NCBI RefSeq assembly: GCF_000195755.1
Contig: NC_002937.3
Coordinates: 3,090,001-3,122,000, forward strand
DNA: 32,000 bases
Origin: Nitratidesulfovibrio vulgaris str. Hildenborough
GTDB taxonomy: Bacteria > Desulfobacterota > Desulfovibrionia > Desulfovibrionales > Desulfovibrionaceae
Direction of reading: 5' to 3'
In this document: piece after piece, positions 18,548 through 25,525 of the stretch
Layout: every line of letters starts with the position of its first letter
Position numbering within the stretch: the stretch's first letter is position 1
Notes under the pieces: model-generated
Database searches by the model: none
What the model was told of the DNA's origin: nothing
What the model saw: the letters and a program-made list of their open reading frames with translations, nothing else
Made by a program: the position numbers and the translations under genes

Positions 18548-19918
18548 TCACGCACCGAGGTCGGGCGTGAGGGTATCGGTGATAGCGCGGGGCAGCCGCC
18601 CGGTGCACAGCACCATGACGCGCTTGGCGTGCCCGGCGGGCATGGGGTAGTCGATGACCTCGACCCTGCTGAAATAGCGGGCGAGTTCATCCGTGAACGT
18701 CTCAAGCCTGTAGTCCGCCGGCAGCGGGTCGGGGTTGGGCACGGTGCCCCCCATGCCGTTGGGCATGAACTCGGTGAGCAGTGCCCCTTCGCTGTGTTCA
18801 GCCAGTGCCCTCGCCGCGATGGGCAGACGGTAGCGATGCGTGAAATAGAGGTGATGCGTGAGTGCCAGCGCCATCACAAGTTCACCACGTTTGCCGGGGG
18901 CATCGCCCACACCCTCCACCCGCACCTTCACCCGCACGCCTCCCCCCCGTCGGGCCAGCGCGGCATGGTAACGCGAGGCGGCCTGGTCGTCGGGTTCCAC
19001 AGCCAGCACCTCCGCCCCGGCGGATGCCGCGAGGTTGGAGAAGAAACCGGCGTTGGCCCCGAGGTCGACCACGGTACGGGGCCCGACGAGGCGCACAAGG
19101 CGGTTCACCATCTCGAGGCGCGACGACTGCGCGAAGGCGCGCAGCGGGTCTTCGTGGGCCTGCGGCGGCTGTGCCGCGAGGTCGTCGTCGGTATGGTATT
19201 CGCCCCACACGCCGTCGGGCCATGCGAAGCGCACCCCCTGCACGTAGTCGGCAAGCTGGCGCAGCATGTCACGCCGCGTGCCCCCCAGCGTGAGTGAGAC
19301 GCCCGTCATGCGCTCAAGGACGGTGCGGGGAAAGCCCACCGACACGCCCTGCCGCATCACCGTCTCCCACTCCGGGCCCTGTACCCGCAGCAGCAGCGGA
19401 TAGAGCATGGATGTGACGAACTCCTCAAGCCCCGCCACGTCACGCGCGCCCACGGGGACGAAGGAACCGATGTCGCACCACACGGGCCTGTCGGCCCCCT
19501 GCACCACGAAGTTGCCCGTATGCCCGTCGATGCAGCCCAGCCCGTATTCTGCAAGCACCTCGTTGAGGCGCAGGTAGGCGAGGCAGGCATCGCGCAACTG
19601 CAACGTGGGCCAGCACCGTGCCGGGACGTCGTAGGCTTCTGAATGCTGGCGCAGCACGAGGGCGAAGCCCTCGATACGGACTTCGGCCTCCTGCACAGGG
19701 GCGAGAAGCCCTTCCCCGGCGAGGCGGTCGTACAGCCCCGTGGCCATGAGCGCACGCACGGCCTCCTCTGCGCCCGGCAGAATGGCCTTGTACCACACGC
19801 CGTCGTGCGAACACGCCCTGCACAGAGGGTCGAGAAAACGGATTCCCGACCACTGCACGTCGTCCCTTGAAAGTCGTATCACGCCGTCCTCCGCACTGTA
19901 GGGCCGTTCACCGCACAT
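18548..19918 (-). CDS. Two-domain protein: N-terminal protein-kinase-like/APH-like domain plus C-terminal class I methyltransferase
   Basis: N-terminal 'CIDGHTGNFVV...VWCDIGSF' fits the D-x-H-x-G-N ... D-x-G kinase-fold catalytic pattern. C-terminal 'VVDLGANAGFFSNLAASAGAEVLAVEPD' is SAM motif I. The start is uncertain: ATG 19918 minimises overlap, and 19945, 19975 and 19984 are also possible. Confidence 0.62.
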   Translation of the reverse strand: MCGERPYSAEDGVIRLSRDDVQWSGIRFLDPLCRACSHDGVWYKAILPGAEEAVRALMATGLYDRLAGEGLLAPVQEAEVRIEGFALVLRQHSEAYDVPARCWPTLQLRDACLAYLRLNEVLAEYGLGCIDGHTGNFVVQGADRPVWCDIGSFVPVGARDVAGLEEFVTSMLYPLLLRVQGPEWETVMRQGVSVGFPRTVLERMTGVSLTLGGTRRDMLRQLADYVQGVRFAWPDGVWGEYHTDDDLAAQPPQAHEDPLRAFAQSSRLEMVNRLVRLVGPRTVVDLGANAGFFSNLAASAGAEVLAVEPDDQAASRYHAALARRGGGVRVKVRVEGVGDAPGKRGELVMALALTHHLYFTHRYRLPIAARALAEHSEGALLTEFMPNGMGGTVPNPDPLPADYRLETFTDELARYFSRVEVIDYPMPAGHAKRVMVLCTGRLPRAITDTLTPDLGA

Positions 19919-20903
19919 CCTCCAGCCTGCACCGCACCTCGCCATCGGCGAAGGTGAGCGTCTCGCACCGGGCATCTGCGACACTGTCCATCTCCACTAT
20001 CGCGGCCCTGCGTCCGCCGTCCACCCACAACGGAAACCTGTAGGGGGCCAGTGCCCGGTACAGGCGGCGCGCCGTCTCCACGGGATGCGTGCGCCCCACC
20101 TCCACCTCGGCCCCTTCCAGTGCGGGTGCGAGGGTCGCCTCGCCCTGCTGGTCGAAAGGTTCAAGACGTCCGGAGACGAATCCGTGCACCACGTCGGGCA
20201 GCGCCGGGGCCGCAATGCGTCCGGCCTCGCGAAGCACATCCCCCGCGTTCCATGCGGGGTCGATGCCGATGCGGTGCTGCCACAGCAACGGCCCTTCGTC
20301 GAATGCCTGCGTGAGCAGATGCAGACTCACCCCCGTCTCCGCCACACCGTCGAGGATGGCACGGCGCACCGGGTCGGCCCCCCTGTACTGCGGCAGCAAC
20401 GAGGGGTGGACGTTGATGCCTGCCTGTGCCACGCCCCCGTAGAGGTCTTCCGGCAACAGCAGGGAGTACCCGGCGCTGACCACCACGTCGGGCCGCGCCG
20501 CACCGATGACCGCCAGCGCGTCGTCACCCTTGAGGCTGCGAGGCTTGAAGACGGCGATGCCGGATACCTGCGCCTCGCACCACTCCGTCACCGGTGTGGC
20601 GAAGGTGCGTTCGCCCCCGCTGCCGAGGTCGTCGTGCCGGGTGACGACCAGCACCACGTCGGTGCGTGGACTCGCGTGCAGTGCGGCAAGATAGTCGACA
20701 CTCCATGCGTAGCTGCCGAAGAAGGCCACACGCACGGGGCCACCTGCAAGATCGCGAAATCCTTGACGATGTCTTGTGGCTTGGTGCCCGGACTGCCGCT
20801 GCGCAAGACGTCGTTGCCCAAGAACTCGTTGACCAGAAGGTCGGTGCCCGACGGGTCGATGGCTGACCAAGTCAGGGTGCGGATGCGACGAAGGCTTGCT
20901 CAT
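19908..20903 (-). CDS. Fmt/ArnA-like formyltransferase (probable sugar N-formyltransferase)
   Basis: 'VRVAFFGSY...', 'DVVVSAGYSLLLPEDL' and 'GINVHPSLLPQYRGADPVRRAI' (the HPSLLP motif). The maximal ORF from ATG 20903 overlaps the upstream stop as ATGA, but its first 56 codons do not look coding in this frame. GTG 20735 or 20729, preceded by AGGTGG, is a plausible true start. Confidence 0.78.
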   Translation of the reverse strand: MSKPSSHPHPDLVSHRPVGHRPSGQRVLGQRRLAQRQSGHQATRHRQGFRDLAGGPVRVAFFGSYAWSVDYLAALHASPRTDVVLVVTRHDDLGSGGERTFATPVTEWCEAQVSGIAVFKPRSLKGDDALAVIGAARPDVVVSAGYSLLLPEDLYGGVAQAGINVHPSLLPQYRGADPVRRAILDGVAETGVSLHLLTQAFDEGPLLWQHRIGIDPAWNAGDVLREAGRIAAPALPDVVHGFVSGRLEPFDQQGEATLAPALEGAEVEVGRTHPVETARRLYRALAPYRFPLWVDGGRRAAIVEMDSVADARCETLTFADGEVRCRLEDVR

Positions 20904-22090
20904 GCAGCCCCCTTTGCGGCTGCAACGCCGCGCGGCGTCGTGGCCCCGCCACAAAGCACCTGTGCCAGCCGCGCCGCACAACCGGGGCGTATGCCCAGCG
21001 GATTGCGCGAGACGGGCAGCAGCCGCCGCACATCGTCCAGCCCCGCCTGCAGGGTCGTCATGTCACCGATGCACGCGACACCCCACGAGGCTGCGTCGAA
21101 AGGCGAGGCTTCTTTGCCCGCACCGCCGTAGGCGGCCCCGATATCGAGGCTTGCCACGGGCCTGCCAAGATACACGGCCTCCACCAGCACGGTACTCTGC
21201 ATCCCCAGCACCACGTCTGCGGCAAGCAGAAGTTCGTCCTTGGTGCCGCCCCACATGGCGCGATGCAGGACGCCATCCGCCCTTGCCTCCATGCGTGAGG
21301 CGTACTTGCCGGGAGTCTCGCGCGGGTGGGGCTGCACGAAAAGCGCGGCAGGACGCGACCGGCGCGAAAGCGCGGCAGCGACGGCATCAAAGATGGAGAG
21401 TTCGTCGTAGCCGAGGCGTCCGCTATCGAGAAAATCGAGGTGGGCGTCATGGTAGACGGCGCGGTGGTCGCTGAAGGGCTGCGAGAAATAGGCCACGAGC
21501 AACGCATCGTCAGGCAACCCGGCGGCACGGCGCACTCGTTCAGCCGCAACGCGCGAGGCAGCGGCGTCAACCGCGAGCAATCGCTCGAATTCGGGATGCC
21601 CGCAGTCCGTCACAGGCATGGGGCATCCGGCCCGCACGAGGTCTTCCGCCACCTTCACACCGGGGGCCAGCACCGTACCGGGGCCGGGGTGCATCTGCAC
21701 CACACGTTCGGGGATGCAGGTGGCGAAGTCGATGTAGTAATGCACAGGCAACCCCGCGCCACGTGCGACGGTAGCAAGGCGTTCGTCGATGCACAGGCCG
21801 AGGTCGGTTCCGACGAGTACGGTGTCCACCCCTTCCAGAAGACGCCCGAGGGTCGCATCGCGATGTGAGGCATCCACGTCGGGCAGGTCGACAAGCCAGC
21901 CCTCCGGCAGATGTCCCTCCGACGAGAGGCCATTCGGCCCGGCCTCCGCCCCCAACGCACGCGACAGCCACCCCCGCAAGGCCGGAGGGCAGCCAAGACG
22001 CCACTCGACGTCGGAGAACGCCCCGTCAAGGAGCATCCGCGCAAGGCACACGAGGGTGCCCGGCGCACCCGACGCCGCGAAGAGCCTCAT
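20900..22090 (-). CDS. Hypothetical protein, GT-B-like two-Rossmann architecture (396 aa)
   Basis: C-terminal 'LFVQPHPRE...LLLAADVVLGMQSTVLVEAVYLGRPVASL' resembles the nucleotide-sugar-binding half of MurG/PseG/2-epimerase-type folds. ATGA overlap at both ends. Confidence 0.55.
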   Translation of the reverse strand: MRLFAASGAPGTLVCLARMLLDGAFSDVEWRLGCPPALRGWLSRALGAEAGPNGLSSEGHLPEGWLVDLPDVDASHRDATLGRLLEGVDTVLVGTDLGLCIDERLATVARGAGLPVHYYIDFATCIPERVVQMHPGPGTVLAPGVKVAEDLVRAGCPMPVTDCGHPEFERLLAVDAAASRVAAERVRRAAGLPDDALLVAYFSQPFSDHRAVYHDAHLDFLDSGRLGYDELSIFDAVAAALSRRSRPAALFVQPHPRETPGKYASRMEARADGVLHRAMWGGTKDELLLAADVVLGMQSTVLVEAVYLGRPVASLDIGAAYGGAGKEASPFDAASWGVACIGDMTTLQAGLDDVRRLLPVSRNPLGIRPGCAARLAQVLCGGATTPRGVAAAKGAA

Positions 22091-22884
22091 GCAGCCACCT
22101 CCACCAGCAGAGTGTGCAGGTCGCGCACCGTGGACAGAAGGTCGGCGGGCGAGGCGTAGTACTCGATCACCACATGCCGCACGGGGGCGCGGGCGAGGAT
22201 GTGCCGCAGGGCCAGCGCCTCATCCGCGCCGGGTCTCTCGTGGGTGTCTTCCCACACGCCAAGCTCAAGCCCCGGCCTGCTGTAGTGCACCTCGGTGACG
22301 CGATGCAGGGGCAGGGCGTCGAGGTACGCCGCGAAATCATAGCCGAGATGCGCCGCGCTGATGCGGGCGTGGCCGATGTCGAGCAGCAACTGGGCATCCA
22401 GCGCGTCGAGGAAGCGGTGGATGAAGGCCGGGTCGCACACGTGGTCGTACACGCCCGTGGGATAGTAGTTGAGAATCTCGAACTTGAGTGTGCCGTCGAA
22501 GTGCTCACGGATACGCGCGACGCCCTCCTGCGCCACCTCGATGAGCGCATCCTGCCCGAGGACCTCGCTGGCAGGGTACGAGCGCACGAAGCGGCCTGCG
22601 GTGGGACGATTCTCGTAACGGCGGCAGGCGGGGCCGAGGTCGCACGCGAACGAGCGTATGCCCCGCGCCGCCATGAAGTCGAACACCCGCTGGCGTTCCA
22701 GCCATACCCACAGGTCGTCGCTGATGATGCCGTGGGGCGACTCCATCAGCACGTCGACGCCATCGGGCACGGGGCACGGCGGTGTGCCGCCCTTGAACTC
22801 CACCCCGCCGAGATACGGGTCGATGTCATGACGCGCCCCGGCGTAGCAGTCCGTCACGGGCACGCACAGCCGCACGCCGCTCAT
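22087..22884 (-). CDS. DUF692 / MNIO-like (xylose-isomerase-like TIM barrel) protein, 265 aa
   Basis: By-eye collinear match to the DUF692 pattern: 'LKFEILNYYPTG' (cf. LLLENVSSY), 'LLLDIGHARISAAHLGYDFAAYLDALPLHRVTEVHYS' (cf. LLLDVNN.YVS..NHGFDP..YL..LP...V..IHLAGH), 'WEDTHERP' (cf. IDTHD.P) and 'VVIEYY' (cf. LIEWD). Confidence 0.6.
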   Translation of the reverse strand: MSGVRLCVPVTDCYAGARHDIDPYLGGVEFKGGTPPCPVPDGVDVLMESPHGIISDDLWVWLERQRVFDFMAARGIRSFACDLGPACRRYENRPTAGRFVRSYPASEVLGQDALIEVAQEGVARIREHFDGTLKFEILNYYPTGVYDHVCDPAFIHRFLDALDAQLLLDIGHARISAAHLGYDFAAYLDALPLHRVTEVHYSRPGLELGVWEDTHERPGADEALALRHILARAPVRHVVIEYYASPADLLSTVRDLHTLLVEVAA

Positions 22885-24014
22885 GGCCGTTTACGGAGCA
22901 CGGCCACATAGTCGCGACCGAACCCGCCCCCTATGAGGCTCGCATAGAACCGCGAGAGCGTACCCATGTCGTCGGCGAAGCTGTCTTCGAAGGCGCAGCG
23001 CATGAGGTGCGCCTGCCGCCCGAGCTCAGGCTGCTTGCGGTAGTCCATGCCCATGAGCAGGAACATCTCGATGGGGAACTGCGCCTCCTCGTGTACCACG
23101 TCGAAGCCCTGCGCATCGACGAAGCGCCTTGCCTGCGGCACGTCCCAGTAGTTGAGGTGGTCGGGCGGGGCCACGAACCATGCGTCGGAACCGGAACGCT
23201 CCAGATACTTCATCTGGATGGCGTTGAAGTCGTTGGGAATCTGGAAGAAGAGCCACCCCCCCGGTTTCAGCCGCGCACGGATGCGCTCCATGAAGGGCAC
23301 GGGGTCGGGCACATGTTCGAAGATGTTGCCCGCGATGACCACGTCGTATTGCCTGCCTTCGGGCAGCATGGCGGGCGTGAACGGTGCGTTGATGAGTTCC
23401 AGCCCCGACTTGGCCGCCTCGCGGCACTCCGATTCGGAAGGTTCGAAGCCGGTGACATGGGCCCCCTTGCCGCGCAGCACAGAGAGGAAGCTGCCGTTGC
23501 CCGACGCCACGTCAAGCACGTCCAGCCCGTCCAGCGTCTCGCGCCCGATGGCGCGGCACAGCACGAAGGCGTGGTATTCGAAATTGAAGTTGCGCAATGA
23601 GGGCGAACTCTCGAAGGCGCGGTAGTGTTCCGCCAGCTTCTCGCGCGTAGGCCGCGGGAAGATGATGCGGTAGTCGTTGGCCGTATCGAAGAAGAGCAGA
23701 TAGCCCTTGCCCTTCCAGCAGGGTGCGCCCTCGAGACGGTGCCGCAGGGCACCCTTCTGCGTTGCGGACACCGTGGTGCCGAGTCCGGCGTCGTCACCCA
23801 CGGGGCGCGCCTCGCCGACGCACAGCGCCGCGCCCTCTCGCCAGCCCGTCTCGGGCAGCAGGTACAGGCCCGGTGCCGCCTCCACCGCACCGAACATGTC
23901 GGGATTGTGCACACACCCCGCAAGGGCGAAGCGTCCATGCACGCCGTCGGCGGTCATCTCGCCCAGGGTCGCGGGGTCGCACAGCAGAAGTCTGATGTCG
24001 TCGTTGGTGCTCAT
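22881..24014 (-). CDS. Class I SAM-dependent methyltransferase with an N-terminal extension of about 150 aa and unknown function (377 aa)
   Basis: 'VLDVASGNGSFLSVLRGKGAHVTGFEPS', 'DVVIAGNIFEHVPDP' and 'LKPGGWLFFQIPN'. ATG 24014 has GGAGA 8 nt upstream. Confidence 0.78.
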   Translation of the reverse strand: MSTNDDIRLLLCDPATLGEMTADGVHGRFALAGCVHNPDMFGAVEAAPGLYLLPETGWREGAALCVGEARPVGDDAGLGTTVSATQKGALRHRLEGAPCWKGKGYLLFFDTANDYRIIFPRPTREKLAEHYRAFESSPSLRNFNFEYHAFVLCRAIGRETLDGLDVLDVASGNGSFLSVLRGKGAHVTGFEPSESECREAAKSGLELINAPFTPAMLPEGRQYDVVIAGNIFEHVPDPVPFMERIRARLKPGGWLFFQIPNDFNAIQMKYLERSGSDAWFVAPPDHLNYWDVPQARRFVDAQGFDVVHEEAQFPIEMFLLMGMDYRKQPELGRQAHLMRCAFEDSFADDMGTLSRFYASLIGGGFGRDYVAVLRKRP

Positions 24015-24084
24015 GTCGCGTATCTCCACCGCGCAGCCCCGCAGCCCCCGCGCTGTGCGCAAGGGTACGGCACGGGCCGTGCGC

Positions 24085-25197
24085 CTACAGGTTCCAGTCT
24101 TCGCAATGACGGCAAAGCTCTATCTGCGAATAGTCGCCGCGCTCGTGGCTGTCGATAATCTGACGATACCGCGCGCCCCGCGCCATCTCCGCAAGCGTCG
24201 TCTCATTGAGGTTGCCCAGGCTGAGTTCACCGTTGAAGTCGGTGTCGCACACGGTGACCTCGCCGTTGGAGAGGATGTAGAGGTCGCCACGCTCAAGCCG
24301 TTTGCAGGCGCGCGGGCCTATGGATTCGCGCGGCTTGATGGCGCTCGTCACCTTGGCGTCGATGCGGTTGCTGAAGGTCTCGAGACGGTTGACGGAAAGC
24401 AGGTCGACCCTGTCGGCCCATGTGTCGAGAAAGGCGTCTATCTCGTGCAGGGCTTCGTCCATCTCGATCATCTGCGCCCGCAGGTAGGGTCGCTGTACGC
24501 CGAGGTCGCGCTTGAGGTCCGCCAGTCGTTCGAGGTTGCCGCGCACCGTGGCGTAGTCGCCGTTGGGGACGATGCGGGCATAGGTGGCGGGCGTCATGGC
24601 GAGCAGCGAATAGTTGAAATAGTCCACCTTCGAGGTGAGCACACGGCGCATGATGTCTGGGGTGAGTTCCTGCCCCTTCGAGCTTATCCACTTGCGGCCC
24701 AGCGTGGGGTAGTCTTCGAGCATGTCGAGTATCTCGAAGATACGCGGATGCAACAGCGGTTCGCCGATGTGGAAGAGCTGCAACTGGTAGTTGTAGTGCT
24801 GTGCTATCTCATCCAGTGCGCGTCGCACGAGGTCGAGGTCCATGTGCTTGGGCTTGCGGGTGAAATGCCCGCCGTGCCGGGGGCACATGACGCAGTCGTT
24901 GTTGCAGCAGTTGGTGAGTTCGAGTTGCAACCGCTGGGGGAAGTCGGTGCGTGCGCGTTCCACCTGCCGACGGATGCAGGGCACCACGGGCAGGCCCAGC
25001 CCCTTCGCCAGCGAGACCGACGCCGCGCCTTCCTGCATCACGAGGTCGAAGTCGATGATCACAGGCGCGATGCGCCGTGCCACGGCGAACGTGCCCTTGC
25101 AGCCTTCGGGCAATGCCGCGCGAAAACGCGCTGCGGCCTCTGCATCGGCGGGGCATCCGGCCGCGCCACCCAGTCGATTGAGCGAGATGTATTCCAT
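24085..25197 (-). CDS. Radical SAM enzyme with a SPASM/twitch-like C-terminal domain (370 aa)
   Basis: 'LELTNCCNNDCVMCP' (CX3CX2C). C-terminal 'ACKRLERGDLYILSNGEVTVCDTDFNGELSLGNLNETTLAEM...CRHCEDW' is typical of SPASM domains. It is the first gene of the minus-strand operon. Confidence 0.85.
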   Translation of the reverse strand: MEYISLNRLGGAAGCPADAEAAARFRAALPEGCKGTFAVARRIAPVIIDFDLVMQEGAASVSLAKGLGLPVVPCIRRQVERARTDFPQRLQLELTNCCNNDCVMCPRHGGHFTRKPKHMDLDLVRRALDEIAQHYNYQLQLFHIGEPLLHPRIFEILDMLEDYPTLGRKWISSKGQELTPDIMRRVLTSKVDYFNYSLLAMTPATYARIVPNGDYATVRGNLERLADLKRDLGVQRPYLRAQMIEMDEALHEIDAFLDTWADRVDLLSVNRLETFSNRIDAKVTSAIKPRESIGPRACKRLERGDLYILSNGEVTVCDTDFNGELSLGNLNETTLAEMARGARYRQIIDSHERGDYSQIELCRHCEDWNL

Positions 25198-25398
25198 AGC
25201 GTATGCAACTCCACTGCACGTTCCGTTACTGCCGGCATCCTGCCCGCATCACCACGGTTCCACAAGGCCCGCCCGCCTGCGCCGGAGAGTCGACACCCCC
25301 GCCCTTGCGGCGGCACGGTGCCGAACGCCCCGCAGACGAAGCGGTTCAACGCTTCGACGGGGCCGTAGCCAGCGTGTGCGGGCAAACTCCTTGAGCAG

Positions 25399-25415
25399 AA
25401 GCACTATCCGTGCCA
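25399..25415 (-). promoter_or_regulatory. Candidate sigma-54 promoter for the minus-strand nine-gene operon
   Basis: The minus strand reads TTGGCACGgataGTGCTT, a 7/7 match to TGGCACG. GG (25414-25413) and GC (25402-25401) are 10 nt apart. This would give a leader of about 190 nt before ATG 25197. Confidence 0.5.
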
Positions 25416-25450
25416 ACATGCCCACCCGTCGCGTATGGGGACGACCCCGC

Positions 25451-25467
25451 TGGCCCGCTTATTGCTT
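25451..25467 (+). promoter_or_regulatory. Candidate sigma-54 promoter for the plus-strand nonulosonate operon
   Basis: TGGCCCGcttaTTGCTT, with a single mismatch to TGGCACG-N4-TTGCW. It is about 60 nt upstream of ATG 25526. Confidence 0.55.
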
Positions 25468-25525
25468 GAGGCAGGGCGGCAGTCATACTTCATCAGTCGA
25501 ACCCCGCAAACCCGCGAGTCGTGCC

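Noticed and set aside
20860-20903. Selenocysteine decoding of the TGA at 20902-20900.
   Set aside because: The only nearby hairpin, CTGAC-ttg-GTCAG, starts about 24 nt downstream and has 5 bp. It does not resemble a bacterial SECIS element. The residue context gives no hint of a redox site.
25203-25394. The 63-aa plus-strand ORF ('MQLHCTFRYC...') and the 108-aa minus-strand ORF 25059..25385, considered as possible RiPP precursor genes for the radical SAM/MNIO enzymes.
   Set aside because: The plus-strand ORF has no ribosome-binding site. The minus-strand ORF starts at TTG only 1 nt after GGAG and would overlap the radical SAM gene by about 140 nt out of frame. Both compositions are Arg/Pro/Gly-rich. 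Neither can be excluded without conservation data.
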